Under the pieces are notes generated by a model. The model saw only the letters and a list, made by a program, of their open reading frames with translations. It did no database searches and had not been told where the DNA came from. The position numbers and the translations under genes were made by a program. 64,000 nt of DNA from Eledone cirrhosa (lineage: Eukaryota), in NCBI GenBank assembly GCA_964016885.1, contig OZ024743.1, positions 321,160,001 through 321,224,000 of the forward strand, written 5' to 3'. Below are positions 47,801-62,800 of this stretch, one piece after another (position 1 is the stretch's first letter; every line of letters starts with the position of its first letter).

Positions 47801-50800
47801 CAGGGAATTGGCAGGGATGTCTTATTTAGTACCCAAGGCAGGGAATTGGCAGGGATGTCTTATTTAGTACCCAAGGCCGGGAATTGGCAGTGATATCTTA
47901 TTTAGTACCCAAGGCAGGGATGTCTTATTTAGTACCCAAGGCAGGGAATTGGCAGGGATGTCTTATTTAGTACCAGAGGCAGGGAATTGGCAGGGATGTC
48001 TTATTTAGTACCCAAGGCCGGGAATTGGCAGGGATATCTTATTTAGTACCCAAGGCAGGGAATTGGCAGGGATGTCTTATTTAGTACCCAAGGCAGGGAA
48101 TTGGCAGGAATGTCTTATTTTGTACCCAAGGCAGGGAATTGGCAGGGATATCTTATTTAGTACCCAAGGCAGGGAATTGGCAGGGATGTCTTATTTGGTA
48201 CCCAAGGCAGGGAATTGGCAGGGATGTCTTATTTTGTACCCAAGGCAGGGAATTGGCAGGGATATCTTATTTAGTACCCAAGGCAGGGAATTGGCAGGGA
48301 TGTCATATTTAGTACCCAAGGCAGGGAATTGGCAGGGGTGTCTTATTTGGTACCCAAGGCAGGGAAGTGGCAGGTATATATTATTTAGTACCCAAGGCAG
48401 GGAATTGGCAGGGATGTCTTATTTAGTACCCAAGGCAGGGAATTGGCAGGGATGTCTTATTTAGTACCCAAGGCCGGGAATTGGCAGTGATATCTTATTT
48501 AGTACCCAAGGCAGGGAATTGGCAGGGATGTCTTATTCAGTACCCAAGGCAGGGAATTGGCAGGGATGTCTTATTTAGTACCCAAGGCAGGGAATTGGCA
48601 GGGATGTCTTATTTAGTACCCAAGGCAGGGAATTGGCAGTGATATCTTATTTAGTAACCAAGGCAGGGATGTCTTATTTAGTACCCAAGGCAGGGAATTG
48701 GCAGGGATGTCTTATTTAGTACCCAAGGCAGGGAATTGGCAGGGATGTCTTATTTAGTACCCAAGGCAGGGAATTGGCAGTGATATCTTATTTAGTACCC
48801 AAGGCCGGGAATTGGCAGTGATATCTTATTTAGTAACCAAGGCAGGGATGTCTTATTTAGTACCCAAGGCAGGGAATTGGCAGGGATGTCTTATTTAGTA
48901 CCCAAGGCAGGGAATTGGCAGGGATGTCTTATTTAGTACCCAAGGCCGGGAATTGGCAGTGATATCTTATTTAGTACCCAAGGCAGGGATGTCTTATTTA
49001 GTACCCAAGGCAGGGAATTGGCAGGGATGTCTTATTTAGTACCAGAGGCAGGGAATTGGCAGGGATGTCTTATTTAGTACCCAAGGCCGGGAATTGGCAG
49101 GGATATCTTATTTAGTACCCAAGGCAGGGAATTGGCAGGGATGTCTTATTTAGTACCCAAGGCAGGGAATTGGCAGGAATGTCTTATTTTGTACCCAAGG
49201 CAGGGAATTGGCAGGGATATCTTATTTAGTACCCAAGGCAGGGAATTGGCAGGGATGTCTTATTTGGTACCCAAGGCAGGGAATTGGCAGGGATGTCTTA
49301 TTTTGTACCCAAGGCAGGGAATTGGCAGGGATGTCATATTTAGTACCCAAGGCAGGGAATTGGCAGGGATGTCTTATTTGGTACCCAAGGCAGGGAATTG
49401 GCAGGGATGTCTTATTTGGTACCCAAGACAGGGAATTGGCAGGGATGTCTTATTTAGTACTCAATACAGGAAATTGGCAGGGATGTCTTATTTGGTACCC
49501 AAGTCAGGGAATTGGCAGGGATGTCTTATTTAGTACTCAATACAGGGAATTGGCAGGGATGTCTTATTTAGTACCCAAGGCAGGGAATTGGCAGGGATAT
49601 CTTATTTAGTACCCAAGGCAGGGATTTGGCAGTGATGTCTTATTTAGTACCCAAGGCAGGGAATTGGCAGGGATGTCTTATTTAGTACCCAAGGCAGGGA
49701 ATTGGCAGGGATGTCTTATTTAGTACCCAAGGCAGGAAATTGGCAGTGATGTCTTATTTAGTACCCAAGGCAGTGAATTGGCAGGGATATCTTATTTAGT
49801 ACCCAAGTCAGGGAATTGTCAGGGATATCTTATTTAGTACCCAAGGCAGGGAATTGGCAGTGATGTCTTATTTAGTACCCAAGGCAGGGAATTGGCAGGG
49901 ATATCTTATTTAGTACCCAAGGCAGGGAATTGGCAGGGATGTCTTATTTAGTACCCAAGGCAGGGAATTGGCAGGGATGTCTTATTTAGTACCCAAGGCA
50001 GGGAATTGGCAGGGATGACTTATTTAGTACCCAAGGCAGGGAATTGGCAGTGATATCTTATTTAGTACCCAAGGCCGGGAATTGGCAGTGATATCTTATT
50101 TAGTAACCAAGGCAGGGATGTCTTATTTAGTACCCAAGGCAGGGAATTGGCAGGGATGTCTTATTTAGTACCCAAGGCAGGGAATTGGCAGGGATGTCTT
50201 ATTTAGTACCCAAGGCCGGGAATTGGCAGTGATATCTTATTTAGTACCCAAGGCAGGGATGTCTTATTTAGTACCCAAGGCAGGGAATTGGCAGGGATGT
50301 CTTATTTAGTACCCAAGGCCGGGAATTGGCAGGGATATCTTATTTAGTACCCAAGGCAGGGAATTGGCAGGGATGTCTTATTTAGTACCCAAGGCAGGGA
50401 ATTGGCAGGAATGTCTTATTTTGTACCCAAGGCAGGGAATTGGCAGGGATATCTTATTTAGTACCCAAGGCAGGGAATTGGCAGGGATGTCTTATTTGGT
50501 ACCCAAGGCAGGGAATTGGCAGGGATGTCTTATTTTGTACCCAAGGCAGGGAATTGGCAGGGATATCTTATTTAATACCCAAGGCAGGGAATTGGCAGGG
50601 ATGTCATATTTAGTACCCAAGGCAGGGAATTGGCAGGGGTGTCTTATTTGGTACCCAAGCCAGGGAATTGGCAGGGATATCTTACTTAGAACCCAAGGCA
50701 GGGAATTGGCAGGGATGTCTTATTTGGTACCCAAGGCAGGGAATTGGCAGGGATGTCTTATTTGGTACCCAAGGCAGGGAATTGGCAGGAATGTCTTATT

Positions 50801-53800
50801 TAGTACCCAAGGCAGGGAATTGGCAGGGATGTCTTATTTAGTACCCAAGGCAGGGAATTGGCAGGGATGTCTTATTTAGTACCCAAGCAGGGAATTGGCA
50901 GGGATGTCTTATTTAGTACCCAAGGCCGGGAATTGGCAGGGATATCTTATTTAGTACCCAAGGCAGGGAATTGGCAGGGATGTCTTATTTAGTACCCAAG
51001 GCAGGGAATTGGCAGGGATGTCTTATTTGGTATCCAAGGCAGGGAATTGGCAGGGATGGCTTATTTTGTACCCAAGGCAGGGAAGTGGCAGGTATATATT
51101 ATTTAGTACCCAAGGCAGGGAATTGGCAGGGATGTCTTATTTGGTACCCAAGACAGGGAATTGGCAGGGATGTCTTATTTAGTACCCAAGGCAGGGAATT
51201 GGCAGGGATGTCTTATTTAGTACCCAAGGCAGGGAATTGGCAGGGATGTCTTATTTGGTACCCAAGGCAGGGAATTGGCAGGGATGTCTTATTTGGTACC
51301 CAAGACAGGGAATTGGCAGGGATGTTTTATTTAGTACTCAATACAGGAAATTGGCAGGGATGTCTTATTTGGTACCCAAGTCAGGGAATTGGCAGGGATG
51401 TCTTATTTAGTACTCAATACAGGGAATTGGCAGGGATGTCTTATTTAGTACCCAAGGCAGGGAATTGGCAGGGATATCTTATTTAGTACCCAAGGCAGGG
51501 ATTTGGCAGTGATGTCTTATTTAGTACCCAAGGCAGGGAATTGGCAGGGATGTCTTATTTAGTACCCAAGGCAGGGAATTGGCAGGGATGTCTTATTTAG
51601 TACCCAAGGCAGGGAATTGGCAGTGATGTCTTATTTAGTACCCAAGGCAGGGAATTGGCAGGGATATCTTATTTAGTACCCAAGGCAGGGAATTGTCAGG
51701 GATATCTTATTTAGTACCCAAGGCAGGGAATTGGCAGTGATGTCTTATTTAGTACCCAAGGCAGGGAATTGGCAGGGATATCTTATTTAGTACCCAAGGC
51801 AGGGAATTGGCAAGGATGTCTTATTTAGTACCCAAGGCAGGGAATTGGCAGGGATGTCTTATTTAGTACCCAAGGCAGGGTATTGGCAGGGATGTCTTAT
51901 TTAGTACCCAAGGCAGGGAATTGGCAGGGATATCTTATTTAGTACCCAAGGCAGGGAATTGGCAGGGATGTCTTATTTAGTACCCAAGGCAGGGAATTGG
52001 CAGGGATGTCTTATTTAGTACCCAAGGCAGGGAATTAGCAGGGATGTCTTATTTAGTACCCAAGGCAGGGAATTGGCAGGGATATCTTATTTAGTACCCA
52101 AGGCAGGGAATTGGCAGGGATGTCTTATTTAGTACCCAAGGCAGGGAATTGGCAGGGATGTCTTATTTAGTACTCAATACAGGGAATTGGCAGGGATGTC
52201 TTATTTAGTACCCAAGGCAAGGAATTGGCAGGGATGTCTTATTTAGTACCCAAGGCAGGGAATTGGCAGGGATGTCTTATTTAGTACCCAAGGCCGGGAA
52301 TTGGCAGGGATATCTTATTTAGTACCCAAGGCAGGGAATTAGCAGGGATGTCTTATTTAGTACCCAAGGTAGGGAATTGGCAGGGATGTCTTATTTAGTA
52401 CCCAAGGCAGGGAATTGGCAGGGATGTCTTATTTAGTACCCAAGGCCGGGAATTGGCAGGGATATCTTATTTAGTACCCAAGGCAGGGAATTGGCAGGGA
52501 TGTCTTATTTAGTACCCAAGGCAGGGAATTGGCAGGGATGTCTTATTTAGTACCCAAGGCAGGGAATTGGCAGGGATGTCTTATTTAGTACCCAAGGCCG
52601 GGAATTGGCAGGGATATCTTACTTAGTACCCAAGGCAGGGAATTGGCAGGGATGTCTTATTTAGTACCCAAGGCAGGGAATTGGCAGGGATGTCTTATTT
52701 AGTAACCAAGGCAGGGAATTGGCAGGGATGTCTTATTTGGTACCCAAGACAGGGAATTGGCAGGGATGTCTTATTTAGTACCCAAGGCAGGGAATTGGCA
52801 GGGATGTCTTATTTAGTACCCAAGGTAGGGAATTGACAGGGATATCTTATTTAGTACCCAAGACAGGGAATTGGCAGAGATGTCTTATTTAGTACCCAAG
52901 GCAGGGAATTGGCAGGGATGTCTTATTTAGTACCCAAGGCAGGGAAATGACAGGGATATCTTATTTAGTACCCAAGGCAGGGAATTGACAGGGATATCTT
53001 ATTTAGTACCCAAGGCAGGGAATTGGTAGGGATGTCTTATTTAGTACCCAAGGCAGGGAATTGGCAGGGATGTCTTATTTAGTCCCCAAGGCAGGGAATT
53101 GGCAGGGATGTCTTATTTAGTACCCAAGGCAGGGAATTGGCAGGGATATCTTATTTGGTACCCAAGGCAGGGAATTGGGAGGGATGTCTTATTTAGTACC
53201 CAAGACCGGGAATTGGCAGGGATATCTTATTTGGTACCCAAGGCAGGGAATTGGGAGGTATGTCTTATTTAGTACCCAAGGCAGGGAATAGGCAGGGATG
53301 TCTTATTTAGTACCCAAGGCAGGTAATTGGCAGGGATGTCTTATTTAGTACCCAAGGCAGGGAATTGGCAGGGATGTCTTAGTTGGTACCCAAGGCAGGG
53401 AATTGGCAGGGATGTCTTATTTAGTACCCAAGGCAGGGAATTGGCAGGGATATCTTATTTAGTACCCAAGGCAGGGAATTGGCAGGGATGTCTTATTTAG
53501 TACCCAAGCAGGGAATTGGCAGGGATGTCTTATTTAGTACCCAAGGCAGGGAATTGACAGGGATGTCTTATTTAGTACACAAGGCAGGGAATTGGCAGGG
53601 ATGTCTTATTTAGTACCCAAGGCAGGGAATTGGCAGGGAAGTCTTATTTAGTACCCAAGGCAGGGAATTGACAACGATATCTTATTTAGTAGCCAAGGCA
53701 GGGAATTGGTAGGGATGTCTTATTTAGTACCCAAGGCAGGGAATTGTCAGGGATGTCTTATTTAGTACCCAAGCAGGGAATTGGCAGGTATGTCTTATTT

Positions 53801-56800
53801 AGTACCCAAGCAGGGAATTGGCAGGGATATATTATTTAGTATCCAAGGCAGGGAATTGGCAGGGATGTCTTATTTAGTACCCAAGGCAGGGAATTGGCAG
53901 GGATGTCTTATTTAGTACCCAAGGCAGGGAATTGGCAGGGATGTCTTATTTAGTACCCAAGCAGGGAATTGGCAGGGATGTCTTATTTAGTACCCAAGGC
54001 CGGGAATTGGCAGGGATATCTTATTTAGTACCCAAGGCAGGGAATTGGCAGGGATGTCTTATTTAGTACCCAAGGCAGGGAATTGGCAGGGATGTCTTAT
54101 TTGGTATCCAAGGCAGGGAATTGGCAGGGATGTCTTATTTTGTACCCAAGGCAGGGAAGTGGCAGGGATATCTTATTTAGTACCCAATGCAGGGAATTGG
54201 CAGGGATGTCTTATTTGGTACCCAAGACAGGGAATTGGCAGGGATGTCTTATTTAGTACCCAAGGCAGGGAATTGGCAGGGATGTCTTATTTAGTACCCA
54301 AGGCAGGGAATTGGCAGGGATGTCTTATTTGGTACCCAAGGCAGGGAATTGGCAGGGATGTCTTATTTGGTACCCAAGACAGGGAATTGGCAGGGATGTC
54401 TTATTTAGTACTCAATACAGGAAATTGGCAGGGATGTCTTATTTGGTACCCAACTCAGGGAATTGGCAGGGATGTCTTACTTAGTACTCAATACAGGGAA
54501 TTGGCAGGGATGTCTTATTTAGTACCCAAGGCAGGGAATTGGCAGGGATATCTTATTTAGTACCCAAGGCAGGGATTTGGCAGTGATGTCTTATTTAGTA
54601 CCCAAGGCAGGGAATTGGCAGGGATGTCTTATTTAGTACCCAAGGCAGGGAATTGGCAGGGATGTCTTATTTAGTACCCAAGGCAGGGAATTGGCAGTGA
54701 TGTCTTATTTAGTACCCAAGGCAGGGAATTGGCAGGGATATCTTATTTAGTACCCAAGGCATGGAATTGTCAGGGATATCTTATTTAGTACCCAAGGCAG
54801 GGAATTGGCAGTGATGTCTTATTTAGTACCCAAGGCAGGGAATTGGCAGGGATATCTTATTTAGTACCCAAGGCAGGGAATTGGCAGGGATGTCTTATTT
54901 AGTACCCAAGGCAGGGAATTGGCAGGGATGTCTTATTTAGTACCCAAGGCAGGGTATTGGCAGGGATGTCTTATTTAGTACCCAAGGCAGGGAATAGGCA
55001 GGGATGTCTTATTTAGTACCCAAGGCAGGTAATTGGCAGGGATGTCTTATTTAGTACCCAAGGCAGGGAATTGGCAGGGATGTCTTAGTTGGTACCCAAG
55101 GCAGGGAATTGGCAGGGATGTCTTATTTAGTACCCAAGGCAGGGAATTGGCAGGGATATCTTATTTAGTACCCAAGGCAGGGAATTGGCAGGGATGTCTT
55201 ATTTAGTACCCAAGCAGGGAATTGGCAGGGATGTCTTATTTAGTACCCAAGGCAGGGAATTGACAGGGATGTCTTATTTAGTACACAAGGCAGGAAATTG
55301 GCAGGGATGTCTTATTTAGTACCCAAGGCAGGGAATTGGCAGGGAAGTCTTATTTAGTACCCAAGGCAGGGAATTGACAACGATATCTTATTTAGTAGCC
55401 AAGGCAGGGAATTGGTAGGGATGTCTTATTTAGTACCCAAGGCAGGGAATTGTCAGGGATGTCTTATTTAGTACCCAAGCAGGGAATTGGCAGGTATGTC
55501 TTATTTAGTACCCAAGCAGGGAATTGGCAGGGATATATTATTTAGTATCCAAGGCAGGGAATTGGCAGGGATGTCTTATTTAGTACCCAAGGCAGGGAAT
55601 TGGCAGGGATGTCTTATTTAGTACCCAAGGCAGGGAATTGGCAGGGATGTCTTATTTAGTACCCAAGCAGGGAATTGGCAGGGATGTCTTATTTAGTACC
55701 CAAGGCCGGGAATTGGCAGGGATATCTTATTTAGTACCCAAGGCAGGGAATTGGCAGGGATGTCTTATTTAGTACCCAAGGCAGGGAATTGGCAGGGATG
55801 TCTTATTTGGTATCCAAGGCAGGGAATTGGCAGGGATGTCTTATTTTGTACCCAAGGCAGGGAAGTGGCAGGGATATCTTATTTAGTACCCAAGGCAGGG
55901 AATTGGCAGGGATGTCTTATTTGGTACCCAAGACAGGGAATTGGCAGGGATGTCTTATTTAGTACCCAAGGCAGGGAATTGGCAGGGATGTCTTATTTAG
56001 TACCCAAGGCAGGGAATTGGCAGGGATGTCTTATTTGGTACCCAAGGCAGGGAATTGGCAGGGATGTCTTATTTGGTACCCAAGACAGGGAATTGGCAGG
56101 GATGTCTTATTTAGTACTCAATACAGGAAATTGGCAGGGATGTCTTATTTGGTACCCAACTCAGGGAATTGGCAGGGATGTCTTATTTAGTACTCAATAC
56201 AGGGAATTGGCAGGGATGTCTTATTTAGTACCCAAGGCAGGGAATTGGCAGGGATATCTTATTTAGTACCCAAGGCAGGGATTTGGCAGTGATGTCTTAT
56301 TTAGTACCCAAGGCAGGGAATTGGCAGGGATGTCTTATTTAGTACCCAAGGCAGGGAATTGGCAGGGATGTCTTATTTAGTACCAAAGGCAGTGAATTGG
56401 CAGTGATGTCTTATTTAGTACCCAAGGCAGGGAATTGGCAGGGATATCTTATTTAGTACCCAAGGCATGGAATTGTCAGGGATATCTTATTTAGTACCCA
56501 AGGCAGGGAATTGGCAGTGATGTCTTATTTAGTACCCAAGGCAGGGAATTGGCAGGGATATCTTATTTAGTACCCAAGGCAGGGAATTGGCAGGGATGTC
56601 TTATTTAGTACCCAAGGCAGGGAATTGGCAGGGATGTCTTATTTAGTACCCAAGGCAGGGTATTGGCAGGGATGTCTTATTTAGTACCCAAGGCAAGGAA
56701 TAGGCAGGGATGTCTTATTTAGTACCCAAGGCAGGTAATTGGCAGGGATGTCTTATTTAGTACCCAAGGCAGGGAATTGGCAGGGATGTCTTAGCTGGTA

Positions 56801-59800
56801 CCCAAGGCAGGGAATTGGCAGGGATGTCTTATTTAGTACCCAAGGCAGGGAATTGGCAGGGATATCTTATTTAGTACCCAAGGCAGGGAATTGGCAGGGA
56901 TGTCTTATTTAGTACCCAAGCAGGGAATTGGCAGGGATGTCTTATTTAGTACCCAAGGCAGGGAATTGACAGGGATGTCTTATTTAGTACACAAGGCAGG
57001 GAATTGGCAGGGATGTCTTATTTAGTACCCAAGGCAGGGAATTGGCAGGGAAGTCTTATTTAGTACCCAAGGCAGGGAATTGACAACGATATCTTATTTA
57101 GTAGCCAAGGCAGGGAATTGGTAGCGATGTCTTATTTAGTACCCAAGGCAGGGAATTGTCAGGGATGTCTTATTTAGTACCCAAGCAGGGAATTGGCAGG
57201 TATGTCTTATTTAGTACCCAAGCAGGGAATTGGCAGGGATATATTATTTAGTATCCAAGGCAGGGAATTGGCAGGGATGTCTTATTTAGTACCCAAGGCA
57301 GGGAATTGGCAGGGATGTCTTATTTAGTACCCAAGGCAGGGAATTGGCAGGGATGTCTTATTTAGTACCCAAGCAGGGAATTGGCAGGGATGTCTTATTT
57401 AGTACCCAAGGCCGGGAATTGGCAGGGATATCTTATTTAGTACCCAAGGCAGGGAATTGGCAGGGATGTCTTATTTAGTACACAAGGCAGGGAATTGGCA
57501 GGGATGTCTTATTTGGTATCCAAGGCAGGGAATTGGCAGGGATGTCTTATTTTGTACCCAAGGCAGGGAAGTGGCAGGGATATCTTATTTAGTACCCAAG
57601 GCAGGGAATTGGCAGGGATGTCTTATTTGGTACCCAAGACAGGGAATTGGCAGGGATGTCTTATTTAGTACCCAAGGCAGGGAATTGGCAGGGATGTCTT
57701 ATTTAGTACCCAAGGCAGGGAATTGGCAGGGATGTCTTATTTGGTACCCAAGGCAGGGAATTGGCAGGGATGTCTTATTTGGTACCCAAGACAGGGAATT
57801 GGCAGGGATGTCTTATTTAGTACTCAATACAGGAAATTGGCAGGGATGTATTATTTGGTACCCAACTCAGGGAATTGGCAGGGATGTCTTATTTAGAACT
57901 CAATACAGGGAATTGGCAGGGATGTCTTATTTAGTACCCAAGGCAGGGAATTGGCAGGGATATCTTATTTAGTACCCAAGGCAGGGATTTGGCAGTGATG
58001 TCTTATTTAGTACCCAAGGCAGGGAATTGGCAGGAATGTCTTATTTAGTACCCAAGGCAGGGAATTGGCAGGGATGTCTTATTTAGTACCCAAGGCAGGG
58101 AATTGGCAGTGATGTCTTATTTATTACCCAAGGCAGGGAATTGGCAGGGATATCTTATTTAGTACCCAAGGCATGGAATTGTCAGGGATATCTTATTTAG
58201 TACCCAAGGCAGGGAATTTGCAGTGATGTCTTATTTAGTACCCAAGGCAGGGAATTGGCAGGGATATCTTATTTAGTACCCAAGGCAGGGAATTGGCAGG
58301 GATGTCTTATTTAGTACCCAAGGCAGGGAATTGGCAGGGATGTCTTATTTAGTACCCAAGGCAGGGTATTGGCAGGGATGTCTTATTTAGTACCCAAGGC
58401 AGGGAATTGGCAGGGATATCTTATTTAGTACCCAAGGCAGGGAATTGGCAGGGATGTCTTATTTAGTACCCAAGGCAGGGAATTGGCAGGGATGTCTTAT
58501 TTAGTACCCAAGGCAGGGAATTAGCAGGGATGTCTTATTTAGTACCCAAGGCAGGGAATTGGCAGGGATATCTTATTTAGTACCCAAGGCAGGGAATTGG
58601 CAGGGATGTCTTATTTAGTACCCAAGGCAGTGAATTGGCAGGGATGTCTTATTTAGTACTCAATACAGGGAATTGGCAGGGATGTCTTATTTAGTACCCA
58701 AGGCAGGGAATTGGCAGGGATGTCTTATTTAGTACCCAAGGCAGGGAATTGGCAGGGATGTCTTATTTAGTACCCAAGGCAGGGAATTGGCAGGGATGTC
58801 TTATTTAGTACCCAAGGCCGGGAATTGGCAGGGATACCTTATTTAGTACCCAAGGCAGGGAATTGGCAGGGATGTCTTATTTAGTACCCAAGGTAGGGAA
58901 TTGGCAGGGATGTCTTATTTAGTACCCAAGGCCGGGAATTGGCAGGGATGTCTTATTTAGTACCCAAGGCCGGGAATTGGCAGGGATATCTTATTTAGTA
59001 CCCAAGGCAGGGAATTGGCAGGGATGTCTTATTTAGTACCCAAGGCAGGGAATTGGCAGGGATGTCTTATTTAGTACCCAAGGCAGGGAATTGGCAGGGA
59101 TATCTTATTTAGTACCCAAGACAGGGAATTGGCAGAGATGTCTTATTTAGTACCCAAGGCAGGGAATTGGCAGGGATATCTTATTTAGTACCCAAGGCAG
59201 GGAATTGACAGGGATGTCTTATTTAGTACCCAAGGCAGGGAATTGGTAGGGATGTCTTATTTAGTACCCAAGGCAGGGAATTGGCAGGGATGTCTTATTT
59301 AGTACCCAAGGCAGGGAATTGGCAGGGATGTCTTATTTAGTACCCAAGGCAGGGAATTGGCAGGGATGTCTTATTTAGTACCCAAGGCAGGGAATTGGCA
59401 GGGATGTCTTATTTTGTACCCAAGGCAGGGAATTGGGAGGGATGTCTTATTTAGTACCCAAGGCAGGGAATTGGCAGGGATGTCTTATTTAGTACCCAAG
59501 GCAGGGAATTGGCAGGGATGTCTTATTTAGTACCCAATCCAGGGAATTGGCGGGGATGTCTTATTTAGTACACAAGACCGGGAATTGGCAGGGATATCTT
59601 ATTTAGTACCCAAGGCAGGGAATTGGCAGGGATGTCTTATTTAGTACCCAAGGCAGGGAATTGGCAGGGATGTCTTATTTAGTACCCAAGGCAGGGAATT
59701 GGCAGGGATGTCTTATTTAGTACCCAAGGCCGGGAATTGGCAGGGATATTTTATTTAGTACCCAAGGCAGGGAATAGGCAGGGATGTCTTATTTAGTACC

Positions 59801-62800
59801 CAAGGCAGGGAATTGGCAGGGATGTCTTATTTAGTACCCAAGGCAGGGAATTGGCAGGGATGTCTTAGTTGGTACACAAGGCAGGGAATTGGCAGGGATG
59901 TCTTATTTAGTACCCAAGGCAGGGAATTGGCAGGGATATCTTATTTAGTACCCAAGGCAGGGAATTGGCAGGGATGTCTTATTTAGTACCCAAGCAGGGA
60001 ATTGGCAGGGATGTCTTATTTAGTACCCAAGGCAGGGAATTGACAGGGATGTCTTATTTAGTACACAAGGCAGGGAATTGGCAGGGATGTCTTATTTAGT
60101 ACCCAAGGCAGGGAATTGGCAGGGATGTCTTATTTAGTACCCAAGGCAGGGAATTGACAACGATATCTTATTTAGTAGCCAAGGCAGGGAATTGGTAGGG
60201 ATGTCTTATTTAGTACCCAAGGCAGGGAATTGTCAGGGATGTCTTATTTAGTACCCAAGCAGGGAATTGGCAGGGATGTCTTATTTAGTACCCAAGGCAG
60301 CGAATTGGCAGGGATATCTTATTTAGTACCCAAGGTAGGGAATTGGCAGGGATGTCTTATTTAGTACCCAAGGCAGGGAATTGGCAGGGATATCTTATTT
60401 AGTACCCAAGGCAGGGAATTGGCAGGGATGTCTTATTTAGTACCCAAGGCAGGGAATTGGCAAGGATGTCTTATTTAGTACCCAAGGCCGGGAATTGGCA
60501 GTGATATCTTATTTAGTAACCAAGGCAGGGATGTCTTATTTAGTACCCAAGGCAGGGAATTGGCAGGGATGTCTTATTTAGTACCCAAGGCAGGGAATTG
60601 GCAGGGATGTCTTATTTAGTACCCAAGGCCGGGAATTGGCAGTGATATCTTATTTAGTACCCAAGGCAGGGATGTCTTATTTAGTACCCAAGGCAGGGAA
60701 TTGGCAGGGATGTCTTATTTAGTACCCGAGGCAGGGAATTGGCAGGGATGTCTTATTTAGTACCCAAGGCCAGGAATTGGCAGGGATATCTTATTTAGTA
60801 CCCAAGGCAGGGAATTGGCAGGGATGTCTTATTTAGTACCCAAGGCAGGGAATTGGCAGGGATGTCTTATTTTGTACCCAAGGCAGGGAATTGGCAGGGA
60901 TATCTTATTTAGTACCCAAGGCAGGGAATTGGCAGGGATGTCATATTTAGTACCCAAGGCAGGGAATTGGCAGGGGTGTCTTATTTGGTACCCAAGCCAG
61001 GGAATTGGCAGGGATATCTTACTTAGAACCCAAGGCAGGGAATTGGCAGGGATGTCTTATTTGGTACCCAAGGCAGGGAATTGGCAGGGATATCTTATTT
61101 AGTACCCAAGGCGGGGAATTGGCAGGGATGTCTTATTTAGTACCCAAGGCAGGGAATTGGCAGGTATGTCTTATTTAGTACGCAAGGCAGGGAATTGGTA
61201 GGGATATCTTATTTAGTACCCAAGGCAGGGAATTGGCAGGGATGTCTTATTTAGTACCCAAGGCAGGGAATTGGCAGGGATGTCTTATTTAGTACCCAAG
61301 GCAGGGAATTGGCAGGGATGTCTTATTTAGTCCCCAAGGCAGGGTATTGGCAGGGATGTCTTATTTAGTACCCAAGGTCGGGAATTGGCAGGGATGTCTT
61401 ATTTAGTACCCAAGGCAGGGAATTGGCAGGGATGTCTTATTTAGTACCCAAGGCAGGGAATTGGCAGGGATGTCTTATTTAGTACCCAAGGCCGGGAATT
61501 GGCAGGGATATCTTATTTAGTACCCAAGGCAGGGAATTGGCAGGGATGTCTTATTTAGTACCCAAGGCAGGGAATTGGCAGGGATGTCTTATTTAGTACC
61601 CAAGGCAGGGAATTGGCAGGGATGTCTTATTTAGTACCCAAGGCAGGGAATTGGCAGGGATGTCTTATTTAGTACCCAAGGTAGGGATTTGGCAGTGATG
61701 TCTTATTTAGTACCCAAGGCAGGGAATTGACAGGGATGTCTTACTTAGTACCCAAGGCAGGGAATTGGCAGGGATGTCTTATTTAGTACCCAAGGCAGGG
61801 AATTGGCAGGGATATCTTATTTAGTACCCAAGGCAGGGAATTGGTAGGGATGTCTTATTTAGTACCCAAGGCAGGGAATTGGCAGGGATGTCTTATTTAG
61901 TACCCAAGGCAGGGAATTGGTAGGGATGTCTTATTTAGTACCCAAGGCAGGGAATTGGCAGGTATGTCTTATTTAGTACCCAAGGCAGGGAATTGGCAGG
62001 GATATCTTATTTAGTACCCAAGGCAGGGAATTGGTAGGGATGTCTTATTTAGTACCCAAGACAGGGAATTGGCAGGGATGTCTTATTTAGTACCCAAGGC
62101 AGGGAATTGGCAGGGATGTCTTATTTAGTACCCAAGGCAGGGAATTGACAGGGATGTCTTATTTAGTACACAAGGCAGGGAATTGGCAGGGATGTCTTAT
62201 TTAGTACCCAAGGCAGGGAATTGGCAGGGATGTCTTATTTAGTACCCAAGGCAGGGAATTGACAACGATATCTTATTTAGTAGCCAAGGCAGGGAATTGG
62301 CAGGGATGTCTTATTTAGTACCCAAGGCAGGGAATTGTCAGGGATGTCTTATTTAGTACCCAAGCAGGGAATTGGCAGGTATGTCTTATTTAGTACCCAA
62401 GCAGGGAATTGGCAGGGATATATTATTTAGTATCCAATGCAGGGAATTGGCAGGGATGTCTTATTTAGTACCCAAGGCAGGGAATTGGCAGGGATGTCTT
62501 ATTTTGTACCCAAGGCATGGAATTGGCAGGGATATCTTATTTAGTACCCAAGGCAGGGAATTGGCAGGGATGTCTTATTTAGTACCCAAGGCAGGGAATT
62601 GGCAGGGATATCTTATTTAGTACCCAAGGCAGGGAATTGGCAGGGATGTCTTATTTAGTTCTCAAGGCAGGGAATTGGCAGGGATGTCTTATTTAGTACC
62701 CAAGGCCGGGAATTGGCAGTGATATCTTATTTAGTAACCAAGGCAGGGATGTCTTTTTTAGCACCCAAGGCAGGGAATTGGCAGGGATGTCTTATTTAGT

